DNA from: Thermoproteota archaeon
GTDB lineage: Archaea > Thermoproteota > Thermoprotei > Gearchaeales > Gearchaeaceae
Reading direction: 5' to 3'
Length of the DNA stretch: 64,000 nucleotides
Assembly: GCA_021324265.1 (NCBI GenBank)
Contig: JAJPJK010000008.1
Location: 33,041 to 97,040 of the forward strand
The notes under the pieces were generated by a model. The model ran no database searches, was not told the DNA's origin, and was given only the letters and a program-made list of their open reading frames with translations. Below are positions 10,366-19,307 of this stretch, piece by piece. Position numbers and translations under genes: made by a program. Position 1 is the first letter of the stretch; each line of letters starts with the position of its first letter.

Positions 10366-10596
10366 ATGGGAAGAACTCAGCCTTCATTGACGAATTCGAT
10401 AGATATCGAGCTTAGCAAGCTTAACAAGATAGCAGAAAAACTTAGAGATGAAGAATTGGCTGATATCATCAGAAATTCCAAGTTATATGCGAGAAAGATA
10501 CAGGAAGCTGCGCAAGATGAGCTCATAGATCCCCTCGAGGTGATCATGCTTGCAATCCTCATGTCAAGTAGGCTACGTAATAGACGCGATACCTAG
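10366..10596 (+). CDS. Small charged helical hypothetical protein; its 3' end overlaps the PolB2 start in another frame
   Basis: Taking MGRTQPSL as the likely start of the 106-aa track ORF, the ORF shows coding-like charged/helical composition. It has no recognisable domain. Confidence 0.3.
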   Translation: MGRTQPSLTNSIDIELSKLNKIAEKLRDEELADIIRNSKLYARKIQEAAQDELIDPLEVIMLAILMSSRLRNRRDT

Positions 10597-12268
10597 ATAT
10601 AATAGAATAGAGCTCATACTGAATGGCTTCCGCAGTGTAAGTGTTAGGACTACATACCCAATTTACGTGATCACCGATGACCCATATAAGGTGCTCCAGA
10701 TACCCGATATAGTGAGTTATAAAGAAGAGGAATGGAGGACGCTTGATAATAAACGCGTAAAGCTCTACAGGTTCGAATCCAGATCAATAGAAGCATATTA
10801 TTTCTTGAGGGACAAAATGCAAGTTGTGAACGAGTTCCCTAGCATAATTTCTCAAACACTTTACAGACTAAGGGCGCTACCTATGCATAAAATCAAGGTA
10901 GAGAATGACATGGTAGAGTTGCTCGAAGAAGAGCGTTCGCTTGAATTCCCAGAAATAGATTTCGCAGAAATAGAACTCGAAGACTGGTTCGGCAAATCTC
11001 CAAGAGGAAAAAGATATAATCTATTCATAAACGGAAAGCTCAGGGAGAGCGGCGATATCAGGGATCTATACGTTGAAGCCGACGTAGTGGAGTGCTCTGG
11101 AATAAGCTATGAAAAAGCTAAAGCGGCGGTTAAAATATTGAAGGAAAAGAAGCGCTCGCCTGTAAGCGTTAAGGGCCTTATAGAGTGGAGTAAAACAGCT
11201 AGAGTTCCTTTGAAGGAAATTCGATATGCTACGATAGGTAAGGCATTGACTACCAACGAAGCATGGGTAGCTTTGAAGAAAAAGTATCTAATACCCAAGG
11301 TAAAGCCAAGCGTTGAGCAGAATAAGGATCTGAACGAGTTAATGTTCGCTGATAAAGGGGGAATTATACTTTTTCCAAACGCGGGAATACATGAAAACGT
11401 GTATCAGCTAGATTTCTCTTCAATGTATCCTTCAATTATAGTCAAGTACAACATTTCAGCTGAGACTGTTAATGCATGCGAAGATATAGTCACGCCTTTG
11501 CATAGCATATGTCTAAAAGAGAAAGGTATTGTGCCAGAAGCGCTAGAAGCATTGATAGAGAGGAAGAAGAAATTAAAGGAAATAGATGAAGAACGAGCCG
11601 AAGCCATAAAATGGATCCTCGTTGCCTCATTTGGATATCTAGGATATAGGAACTCGAAATTCGGCAAGATAGAGGCTTATGAGATGGTAACATACTTTGC
11701 AAGGGAAACGATGAGGAAGGCAATGGCCATAGCTAAAGAGAAAGGACTTGAGGTTCTTCATGGAATTGTAGACTCACTTTTTATCAAAGGCGATAAAATA
11801 GATGAATTCATTGAAGACGTAAATAGGGCTACAGGCTTGAACATCAAGATCGAATCAGAATACGAATGGATCGTATTCACATCTACAAGAGAAGGACAAC
11901 CGCATCCACAAAGATACTTCGGAAAGATAAGGGGTAATGGGATGAAGGTCAAAGGCGTGATAAAGGAAAACATGCCGAACCTTGTGAAGGACTTTCTAGA
12001 ACATGTCTTCAAAGAACTAGAACATGCCCATAATGCAAGCGAGGTGAAGGAAATTTTGAACAGCTTAGAGCTTAGCGAATACAAACGCAGAGCATTTTAT
12101 GGCAAACCCATAGATTACGTGATCTGGATAAAAGACAGGCCATATATAAAGAATTCTAAAGGCTTTTACGCAGCCGAACTCGGCTATCGAGACCATGACC
12201 CATACTACTACCTAGCATACCTAGAGCGAACATATGAAGATCTACTTAGATGGATAAATGGAGACTAA
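10550..12268 (+). CDS. polB2: Family B DNA polymerase paralogue PolB2 (Dpo2-like), exonuclease-less with degenerate motifs
   Basis: Motif A is intact: YQLDFSSMYPSII (DxxSLYPS). Motif B is degenerate: KWILVASFGYLGY (N to A). Motif C YGDTDS is replaced by HGIVDS, retaining a single Asp. No Exo I/II/III motifs are present in the roughly 280-aa N-terminal region. Confidence 0.8.
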   Translation: MQSSCQVGYVIDAIPRYNRIELILNGFRSVSVRTTYPIYVITDDPYKVLQIPDIVSYKEEEWRTLDNKRVKLYRFESRSIEAYYFLRDKMQVVNEFPSIISQTLYRLRALPMHKIKVENDMVELLEEERSLEFPEIDFAEIELEDWFGKSPRGKRYNLFINGKLRESGDIRDLYVEADVVECSGISYEKAKAAVKILKEKKRSPVSVKGLIEWSKTARVPLKEIRYATIGKALTTNEAWVALKKKYLIPKVKPSVEQNKDLNELMFADKGGIILFPNAGIHENVYQLDFSSMYPSIIVKYNISAETVNACEDIVTPLHSICLKEKGIVPEALEALIERKKKLKEIDEERAEAIKWILVASFGYLGYRNSKFGKIEAYEMVTYFARETMRKAMAIAKEKGLEVLHGIVDSLFIKGDKIDEFIEDVNRATGLNIKIESEYEWIVFTSTREGQPHPQRYFGKIRGNGMKVKGVIKENMPNLVKDFLEHVFKELEHAHNASEVKEILNSLELSEYKRRAFYGKPIDYVIWIKDRPYIKNSKGFYAAELGYRDHDPYYYLAYLERTYEDLLRWINGD

Positions 12269-12845
12269 AATCTTGATAACGGGTTTCGAGGAGTTAGATA
12301 AATATTTGGCTGAAGATGATATCATCGAATTTTACTCAGAACAAAGCATAGCACTTGACATCATTTATCACAGAGTTCTTGCCTTACTTGCGCCTGTGAA
12401 CTTAATTATAGTAGGAGTTAGAGGTGGCTTCGATCCTTTAATATTCAGAACCTTTTGCAGAATTTTCAACAGGAACAATGTAAATCTTTACATTCAGAGG
12501 GCATTCAAAGCGGAGGATATAGAGCCAACTCTACTAGAATCGAAGAACAGCTTGCCATTGGTCATCTATAACCCCTATGGCTATAGGAGGCTTTACGCAA
12601 GGATAGTAAGCGCGATCAAAAATTCGAGAAGTAAAGTATTGATATTCTCTCCAATTGATAGAAAGAAGAACGGAAGTACATTAGGAGCACATGTGGCGCA
12701 TAGTATAATTGAATTGAAGGAAGCTAAGAACGGAATCAAGGCAAGAATAATTAAGAGCGTAACAACAGGTCCTATAACTTTTGAGTTTACTAAAGGAATG
12801 ATCTATTATAATTTAAGACAAAAATCACTACTGGATTGGATTTGA
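12258..12845 (+). CDS. RecA-superfamily (RadA/RadB/KaiC-like) paralogue with degenerate Walker A and B motifs, predicted ATPase-inactive
   Basis: ILITGFEELDKYL...IIEFYSEQSIALD aligns to the Rad51/RadB core STGSxxLDxLLGGGI..ITEIFGEFGSGKT, but with the P-loop replaced. The Walker B position reads LVIYNP with no Asp. Its start overlaps the PolB2 stop by 11 nt. Confidence 0.45.
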   Translation: METKILITGFEELDKYLAEDDIIEFYSEQSIALDIIYHRVLALLAPVNLIIVGVRGGFDPLIFRTFCRIFNRNNVNLYIQRAFKAEDIEPTLLESKNSLPLVIYNPYGYRRLYARIVSAIKNSRSKVLIFSPIDRKKNGSTLGAHVAHSIIELKEAKNGIKARIIKSVTTGPITFEFTKGMIYYNLRQKSLLDWI

Positions 12846-12919
12846 ATTCGGAATATTCGAGTAACTAAGGCTCAGATCAATTCAAAAACCAAGAAATACT
12901 TAAATTCATATTCTGAAAT

Positions 12920-14191
12920 ATGATATTTATGGATATGATATTCGTCGATAGGAAAAGAGAGCTGGACGTTCTAAAAGATAGATTATCCTCCTCTAATTTT
13001 GAATTAATCATAATCTACGGCAGAAGAAGGATAGGCAAGACATCGCTGATCATGAAGGTTCTCAAAGAATTTGAAAATTCAATTTATTACTTAGCAACAG
13101 AGAAAAATAACCTAGAAAAGTTCAAAGAAATCGCGAGCAAAAAGTATCCAAGTATAAAATATCTAAAGGACGACTGGGAAGCTTTCTTTCATTTCCTGCA
13201 AGATAAAATTATAGTCATAGACGAATTTCCATACCTCATAGTAGAAGATAAAACTGTACTTTCCACTTTTCAAAAAATTGCTGATGAATTGAGAGAAACT
13301 AAGACTAAAATCGTTCTTCTAGGCTCTTCAATATCACTTATGGAAGACGTTCTTTCATACAAAGCCCCGCTATTTGGAAGGAGAACGGCATCGATCAAGG
13401 TTAAGGAGCTGAAGTTCAAGGATCTTCATGAATTCGGTTTCAGCATCGAGGAAGCCATTAAAATCTACGGTTTTGCTGGAGGGGTCCCTTATTATATTAC
13501 AAAAGTAAAACCCCCTTTCATGAGTTGGGTCAATGAGGAATTAAAGAAGACCGATACCTTCCTAAAAGATGAAGTTGATTTTCTCCTAAGGTATGAGTTC
13601 AGCGAGATAGGCACATATAAGGAAATACTTTATGCAATTTCTAAGGGGAAAAATACGTTGGGAGAAATAAAGGACTTCGTTAAAATTAGAGGCGATGTAA
13701 GTTCTTATTTAAAAAAGCTTGAAAGAATTGAATTGATCGAAAGGGAGGCTCCCATCGATAGAAAAAGAGGAATATATGTGATTAAAGATCACTTTGTTAA
13801 CTTCTGGTTCAGATTCATATACCCAAATATTTCATCGATAGAAGAAGGAATTTATGAAATTGAGGAAAAGGAGTATAATGAGTATCTATCCTTTACTTTT
13901 GAAAAGATTGCTAGAGAATATGTTAAAGATAAGTACAAAGTTAAAGTTAAGAGATATTGGAGTAAAGATATTGAGATTGATATATTTTCTGATACTGTAA
14001 TTGGAGAAGTTAAATGGAGTGAGAATGTTAATCCACAAGAAGTGCTAACTACATTAAAAGAGAAAAGTGAAATGATTGGTATTACAAATAGAAAAAATAT
14101 TATTATAGCAAAAAGCTTTAGTAAAGATATCAAAGGTGAAAATTTAGAATTGGTAGACCTAAAAAAATTAGAAGAATGGTATTCTAAATAA
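12920..14191 (+). CDS. Archaeal ATPase family protein (AAA+ Arch_ATPase with DUF234-like C-terminal domain)
   Basis: Walker A YGRRRIGKTS, Walker B VIDEFPY, and a C-terminal wHTH/DUF234-like region typical of the expanded archaeal ATPase family. Confidence 0.75.
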   Translation: MIFMDMIFVDRKRELDVLKDRLSSSNFELIIIYGRRRIGKTSLIMKVLKEFENSIYYLATEKNNLEKFKEIASKKYPSIKYLKDDWEAFFHFLQDKIIVIDEFPYLIVEDKTVLSTFQKIADELRETKTKIVLLGSSISLMEDVLSYKAPLFGRRTASIKVKELKFKDLHEFGFSIEEAIKIYGFAGGVPYYITKVKPPFMSWVNEELKKTDTFLKDEVDFLLRYEFSEIGTYKEILYAISKGKNTLGEIKDFVKIRGDVSSYLKKLERIELIEREAPIDRKRGIYVIKDHFVNFWFRFIYPNISSIEEGIYEIEEKEYNEYLSFTFEKIAREYVKDKYKVKVKRYWSKDIEIDIFSDTVIGEVKWSENVNPQEVLTTLKEKSEMIGITNRKNIIIAKSFSKDIKGENLELVDLKKLEEWYSK

Positions 14192-14287
14192 ATTTAGAGC
14201 ATTTAATAGTAACTTGTACAAATGCTGAATAATTAGTATTGCCAAAGAGCAATCCAGCTTTATTACTCTTTCACAGATTTTTGAAAT

Positions 14288-15487
14288 ATGAGCCTGCCAC
14301 TGGAAGGAATAAGAGTAGTAGACTTCACCAGAGCTATGGCCGGACCTTTCTGCACCATGTTACTGGGAGACCTAGGAGCTGAAGTAATTAAAGTGGAACC
14401 TCCACAAGGAGATGAAACTAGGAATTGGAGGCCGCCAAGCATAGGCAAGCTATCTTCGTATTTTTTCAGTGTGAACAGAAATAAGAAGAGCATATCAATT
14501 GACCTCAACAAAAAAGAAGGCTTAGAAGTTGTTTATAGGCTCGTTGAAAGCGCTGATGTGCTCGTGGAGAATTTTAGGCCCGGCGTTATGCAAAGACTAG
14601 GTTTGGGTTATGAATTGTTGTCAAAGAAAAATCCAAGATTGATATACTGTAGTATATCAGGTTTTGGCCAAAATGGTCCATATAAAGATAAGCCTGGCTA
14701 TGATCTAATTGCATTAGCGATGAGCGGGCTCTTGAGCATTACAGGCGAGCCAGATAGACCCCCAGTAAAGTTCGGAGTACCTATAGCAGATATAACAGCT
14801 GGTATGATGGCAACTATAGCTATACTTTCAGCACTTCGCTACCGAGATAAACATGGAAAAGGACAGTACATAGATATTTCTATGTTCGACACACAGATTC
14901 TTATTCTTAGTCACCAAGCTTTCAATTATCTAGCTACAGGTGAAAATCCTAAAAGGCTTGGTACTGCACATCCAAACATAGCTCCATATCAGGCATTTGA
15001 GACAAAAGATGGATATATAATAATTACTGTAGGCAACGATAGGCTTTGGAGAGAATTCACAGCTGCAATAGACAGAAAAGACCTAACCTATGACAATAGA
15101 TTCGCCACAAATCCAGAGCGAATAAAGAATAGAAAAGAACTCGTAGAAGAACTCGAAAAGACTTTTAAAAACAAAAGCACAAAGGAGTGGCTATCAATAC
15201 TCGAGAATGCAGGCATTCCAGCTGCGCCGGTAAAGCTAGTCGGTGAAGCGCTTGAAGATGAACATACAAAATTTAGGAAAATGATATTTGAGATTGAGTA
15301 TGAAGAATTTGGAAGGATAAAGATGTTAGGTTTCCCTATAAAATCTAGTGCTTACGAACTGAGCCTCAATAGATTGCCACCTAAGCTTGGACAGCATAGT
15401 AAAGAGATTCTAAAAGAACTTGCTTATGGAGATAACATAATTGAAGAATTCATAAAAAAGCAAGTGATTTTCACAGATAGTTCTTGA
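14288..15487 (+). CDS. CoA-transferase family III (CaiB/BaiF/formyl-CoA transferase-like)
   Basis: The N-terminal family signature LEGIRVVDFTRAMAGPFCTMLLGDLGAEVIKVE, and a length around 400 aa. Confidence 0.85.
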   Translation: MSLPLEGIRVVDFTRAMAGPFCTMLLGDLGAEVIKVEPPQGDETRNWRPPSIGKLSSYFFSVNRNKKSISIDLNKKEGLEVVYRLVESADVLVENFRPGVMQRLGLGYELLSKKNPRLIYCSISGFGQNGPYKDKPGYDLIALAMSGLLSITGEPDRPPVKFGVPIADITAGMMATIAILSALRYRDKHGKGQYIDISMFDTQILILSHQAFNYLATGENPKRLGTAHPNIAPYQAFETKDGYIIITVGNDRLWREFTAAIDRKDLTYDNRFATNPERIKNRKELVEELEKTFKNKSTKEWLSILENAGIPAAPVKLVGEALEDEHTKFRKMIFEIEYEEFGRIKMLGFPIKSSAYELSLNRLPPKLGQHSKEILKELAYGDNIIEEFIKKQVIFTDSS

Positions 15488-15617
15488 GCTACAATACTCG
15501 GAAAATAAACTAGCCATTAAGAAGAAGAAATAAAAATTGCATGAGAGAATCTGAATCTAGAAAAGTGATAATTGATAAATTTGACATTCAAATTAAAAGA
15601 TGTCTATAATTGATTCA

Positions 15618-16562
15618 TTACTCCATTATGAAGATCCTCTTAGTTTGAACTTCATTGATAAAGTCTTCCACTATCTTTTCAATACTTGTATAAGCAGGAG
15701 ACCAACCAAGATCATTTATTATCTTAGAGTAATTCATATGTTTCGGCCAGCTGTTTAATATTTTCATTAAATCAGGTTTAGGTTTGAAACTTATCATTTC
15801 TTTACCCAACTTCTTTTCTACAACATTCGCAATTTCTTTTGCGCTTGGACTTGGAAACAAGCTCGCTATATTATAAACAATACCTTTAACTTTTTGGAAG
15901 TTCTCCAGTGTTTTGAGCAAAAGCGCTGAGACATCCTTAATGTATGCAATTGGTATTGTTGTATTTTCATCGACATAAGCTACATATTTCTCACCCTGAG
16001 CAGGCTTCTGAATCATCAACGTGGTATAAGCTGAAGCACCGCCATTTTTTCTTCCAGGACCTATAACCGAAGCGAATCTAAATGCTACGAAGTCGATATC
16101 ATGTTTATTCATCAACCAAAACCCAAGCATTTCTCCAAACTGTTTTGAAACTCCATAAAGCGTTGTAGGTAACGTATAGATTTCTTCACTAACAATTTCA
16201 GGGATGTTGGTCCCGTACGCTGCGATGCTACTCGCAAATATTATAGGTAGCTTATATTTGAGGGTAATGTTGAAGACATTCCAAGTGCCATGTATATTGA
16301 CTTCATACCATTTTTCCGGGTTTTTCTCGGCATCTGAGGAAAGCAAAGCAGCAAGATGTAAGATTGCCGATACTTTCTCTTTTTCAACAATTCTGTGGAG
16401 ATTTTCTATATCAGAAACACTACCTCTTATCAATTTAGCTTTAACATCCCTTAACAAAAGCTCATCGAATTTCAAATCATACAGAACAACTTCGTAGCCG
16501 GATTGAAGAAAATAACTCGCAACATGAGAACCTATGAAACCACCGCCTCCTGTTATTAAAAT
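15618..16562 (-). CDS. NAD-dependent epimerase/dehydratase (SDR, extended); N-terminal boundary uncertain
   Basis: The track ORF starts at MKFDELL, but the reading frame stays open upstream and encodes NKILITGGGGFIGSH, a Rossmann GxxGxxG, immediately after an in-frame TGA. No ATG/GTG/TTG precedes the Rossmann motif, so an ATT/ATA start or a sequence error is needed. This overlaps the stop of the upstream acyl-CoA synthetase. Confidence 0.7.
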   Translation of the reverse strand: MLITGGGGFIGSHVASYFLQSGYEVVLYDLKFDELLLRDVKAKLIRGSVSDIENLHRIVEKEKVSAILHLAALLSSDAEKNPEKWYEVNIHGTWNVFNITLKYKLPIIFASSIAAYGTNIPEIVSEEIYTLPTTLYGVSKQFGEMLGFWLMNKHDIDFVAFRFASVIGPGRKNGGASAYTTLMIQKPAQGEKYVAYVDENTTIPIAYIKDVSALLLKTLENFQKVKGIVYNIASLFPSPSAKEIANVVEKKLGKEMISFKPKPDLMKILNSWPKHMNYSKIINDLGWSPAYTSIEKIVEDFINEVQTKRIFIME

Positions 16563-16566
16563 CTTA

Positions 16567-18333
16567 TTATTTAGCCTTCATCACCTCTTCAAAGAAATAT
16601 TCTTTTTCACCTCTCTCTCCTTTGTTTCTTTTTCTCATTTCTAATTCTCTCAGCTCTACCCTCCTTATCTTTCCACTTATAGTCTTAGGCAACTCATCAA
16701 CGAATTCTATTATCCTAGGCACCTTATATCTAGGCAGAACATTCAAGAGATGATCCCATATATCCTTCGCAAGCTCTTTTGAAGGTATAAAACCGGGCTT
16801 AAGCGAAACAAAGGCCTTTACAACTTGATATCTCATAGGATCAGGACTTGCAACAGCTGCAGCTTCCGCTACTGCATGATGTTCAACAAGTGCACTTTCT
16901 ACTTCATAAGGGCCTATTCTATAATCAGAGGACTTTATGACATCATCGGCTCTTCCAACTGACCACCAGTAACCATTGGTATCGAAATATGCCTTATCTC
17001 CTGTGTAATAGTAACCGTTGACAAATGTCTCCTTCATCCTATTAGGATCTCCTATGTATTCTTTCATAAGGCCTATGGCCCTCCATCTTTTCAATCTTAT
17101 GGCTATATGGCCCACCTCTCCAGCGTTGTTTATTTCTCTCCCATCATCATTCAGCAACACAATATCATACATCGCAATCGGTCTGCCAAACGAACCAGGC
17201 CTGATCTTACCTCCCTTCCACCATGGGGGATTTCCAATCATCGCTGTGGTTTCCGTTTGACCATACATATCCCTAATCTCTATACCTGTAGCTTCCTTAA
17301 ACCAATAATAAAGCTCAGGGTTAAGAGGTTCTCCTGCACTCACAACTTCTTTAAGATCCTCGAATTTGAACTCATTTAATTTAACTTGAGCTCTGAACAA
17401 TCTCCAAGCTGTTGGGGGAGCACAGAAAGTATTCACATTGAAATCATTAATTGCTTGCAAGTATTTTTCTGCAGGAAGTTTTCCAGCATGATAGAATGCA
17501 CTAGTAGTTGCACCTATGCTTAAGGGAGGGAAGAAGCTGCTCCAAGCAAATTTAGCCCATCCCGGTGCGCTTAGATTGTTATGGAGATCTCCTGGCTTGG
17601 CGTTGATCATCGCGGCCGTGCTGAGATGGCCAACAGGATACGAAACAGCTGTATGGGCAACGATTTTGGGGAGCCCTGTTGTACCGCTTGTGAAGAAGGC
17701 CAACACGATATCATCTATGTTTGTTTTTGCCGCCTCTGCAAGCGCACTTTCCTTCTTTATGCTTTCATAGCTTTCCCAAGTAGCGATATCGCCTCCTACT
17801 AGAATTTTCACATTTGGCCTGCTATTGGAAGCTTTTAAGGCTTCATCCACTAGCCTAGCAGAATTAACATCTGCAATTATCGCATCAGGAGGAAATGCCT
17901 TGAACCTGTATTGCAATTCTCTTACTGTCATGACAACTGCTGTTGGAACTCCTACGAAACCGGCTTTTATCGAAGCATATGTGGCGAAGAATACCTCAGG
18001 CACTTGAGGCAGCATGATATATAATTTACTTCCTTTTCTCATGCCATGCCCTCTCAAAAAGTTTATCAATTTGTTAGCTTCACTTACGAAATCACTATAT
18101 GTATATCTTTTTACATCCCAGCTATCTAGACTAACCCAGAGCAATGCACTCTGCTCACCCCTTTCCTTTAAATGCAACCCTTCTACTATCTCTTCGGCCC
18201 AGTTAAAGAAGCTAGGCAACTGGGATGAATTCAGTGAATAGAAGAATTCTTCGTAATTTCTCCCTTTATCTTCATCGTCTTTCAAAGTAAGAATTTCTAT
18301 AAAACGTCTATATATTGATTGAAAAAAGGTCAT
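16567..18333 (-). CDS. AMP-forming acyl-CoA synthetase/ligase
   Basis: The FTSGTTGLPK AMP-binding motif, YGQTE, the GDxAxxDxDGYxxxxGRxDD-like motif (TGDKAYFDTNGYWWSVGRADD), and the C-terminal PKTISGKIRR. Confidence 0.9.
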   Translation of the reverse strand: MTFFQSIYRRFIEILTLKDDEDKGRNYEEFFYSLNSSQLPSFFNWAEEIVEGLHLKERGEQSALLWVSLDSWDVKRYTYSDFVSEANKLINFLRGHGMRKGSKLYIMLPQVPEVFFATYASIKAGFVGVPTAVVMTVRELQYRFKAFPPDAIIADVNSARLVDEALKASNSRPNVKILVGGDIATWESYESIKKESALAEAAKTNIDDIVLAFFTSGTTGLPKIVAHTAVSYPVGHLSTAAMINAKPGDLHNNLSAPGWAKFAWSSFFPPLSIGATTSAFYHAGKLPAEKYLQAINDFNVNTFCAPPTAWRLFRAQVKLNEFKFEDLKEVVSAGEPLNPELYYWFKEATGIEIRDMYGQTETTAMIGNPPWWKGGKIRPGSFGRPIAMYDIVLLNDDGREINNAGEVGHIAIRLKRWRAIGLMKEYIGDPNRMKETFVNGYYYTGDKAYFDTNGYWWSVGRADDVIKSSDYRIGPYEVESALVEHHAVAEAAAVASPDPMRYQVVKAFVSLKPGFIPSKELAKDIWDHLLNVLPRYKVPRIIEFVDELPKTISGKIRRVELRELEMRKRNKGERGEKEYFFEEVMKAK

Positions 18334-18427
18334 ATATCATTAATCTTCTTATTCGATATATGCTTTATTAGTAAATGTCATGGGAAGTGGTTGAAAGATA
18401 TAAACAACCTAGTTAAACATTATTTTA

Positions 18428-19306
18428 ATGCAATTTGGTATTTGCTTGCCAAATTACGGTGATACACTTGACATCGAAGGAATGAAGAAAATTGCCTTGT
18501 TAGCTGAAGAACTAGGATACGATTCGATATGGCTTACAGATCATATATTAATGCCAAGGAACAGCGGGACGCCTTATGAGAATATTTTAGAAACCATTAC
18601 GTCAATGGCTTATCTTTCTTGTTTAACTAGGAAGATCAAAATTGGCATCTCATCCTTAGTAATAGCACTTAGAAATCCTGTAATCGTGGCAAAAGAGCTC
18701 GCAACCATAGATCTGCTGAGCAATGGTAGGGTGATGCTAGCTGTTGCTACAGGCTGGAATGAAAAGGAATTCAACTTTCTTGGCTCAAACTTTCATAAAA
18801 GAGGAAAAATAGTTAATGAAAGCATAGAACTCATGCTCAGTCTCTGGCAAGGTAAAAATAGCTTTGAAGGAAGGAATCTAAGGATAAAATTTCAGGATGC
18901 AGTTTTCAGTCCTAACGTAAAAAGGGAGATCGAAATCTGGATCGCTGGGAACAGCGAATTTGCAATGAAAAGGGCAATTAAATATGGACATGCATGGCAT
19001 CCCAACATATATCCTCTTGATTTCTTCAAGAAGCTAGTGGATAGATACATGTCTCTTACTACAAAGCCCAAACCGATAAGAGGAAGAATAGGATTCGATA
19101 TTTCTGCAAAAGAAAATACATACATAGGTTCCCAAGGAGAAAGGAGGATTCAGCTATCGCAGGATATGAATGAAAACAGAAAAATAATCGAGAAACTTGA
19201 AAGTATGGGCGTAGATTATCTCGTATTGGCTACAAATCCAAATGGTAGAATTCTTGTAGAAAAACAAGAAGAAGCGATCAAAGTTTTCGCGAGTAAATTC
19301 CTTTGA
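18428..19306 (+). CDS. Luciferase-like monooxygenase/F420- or flavin-dependent LLM-class oxidoreductase
   Basis: LGYDSIWLTDH and TIM-barrel LLM signatures, plus ATNPNG near the C-terminus. Confidence 0.75.
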   Translation: MQFGICLPNYGDTLDIEGMKKIALLAEELGYDSIWLTDHILMPRNSGTPYENILETITSMAYLSCLTRKIKIGISSLVIALRNPVIVAKELATIDLLSNGRVMLAVATGWNEKEFNFLGSNFHKRGKIVNESIELMLSLWQGKNSFEGRNLRIKFQDAVFSPNVKREIEIWIAGNSEFAMKRAIKYGHAWHPNIYPLDFFKKLVDRYMSLTTKPKPIRGRIGFDISAKENTYIGSQGERRIQLSQDMNENRKIIEKLESMGVDYLVLATNPNGRILVEKQEEAIKVFASKFL

Positions 19307-19307
19307 A

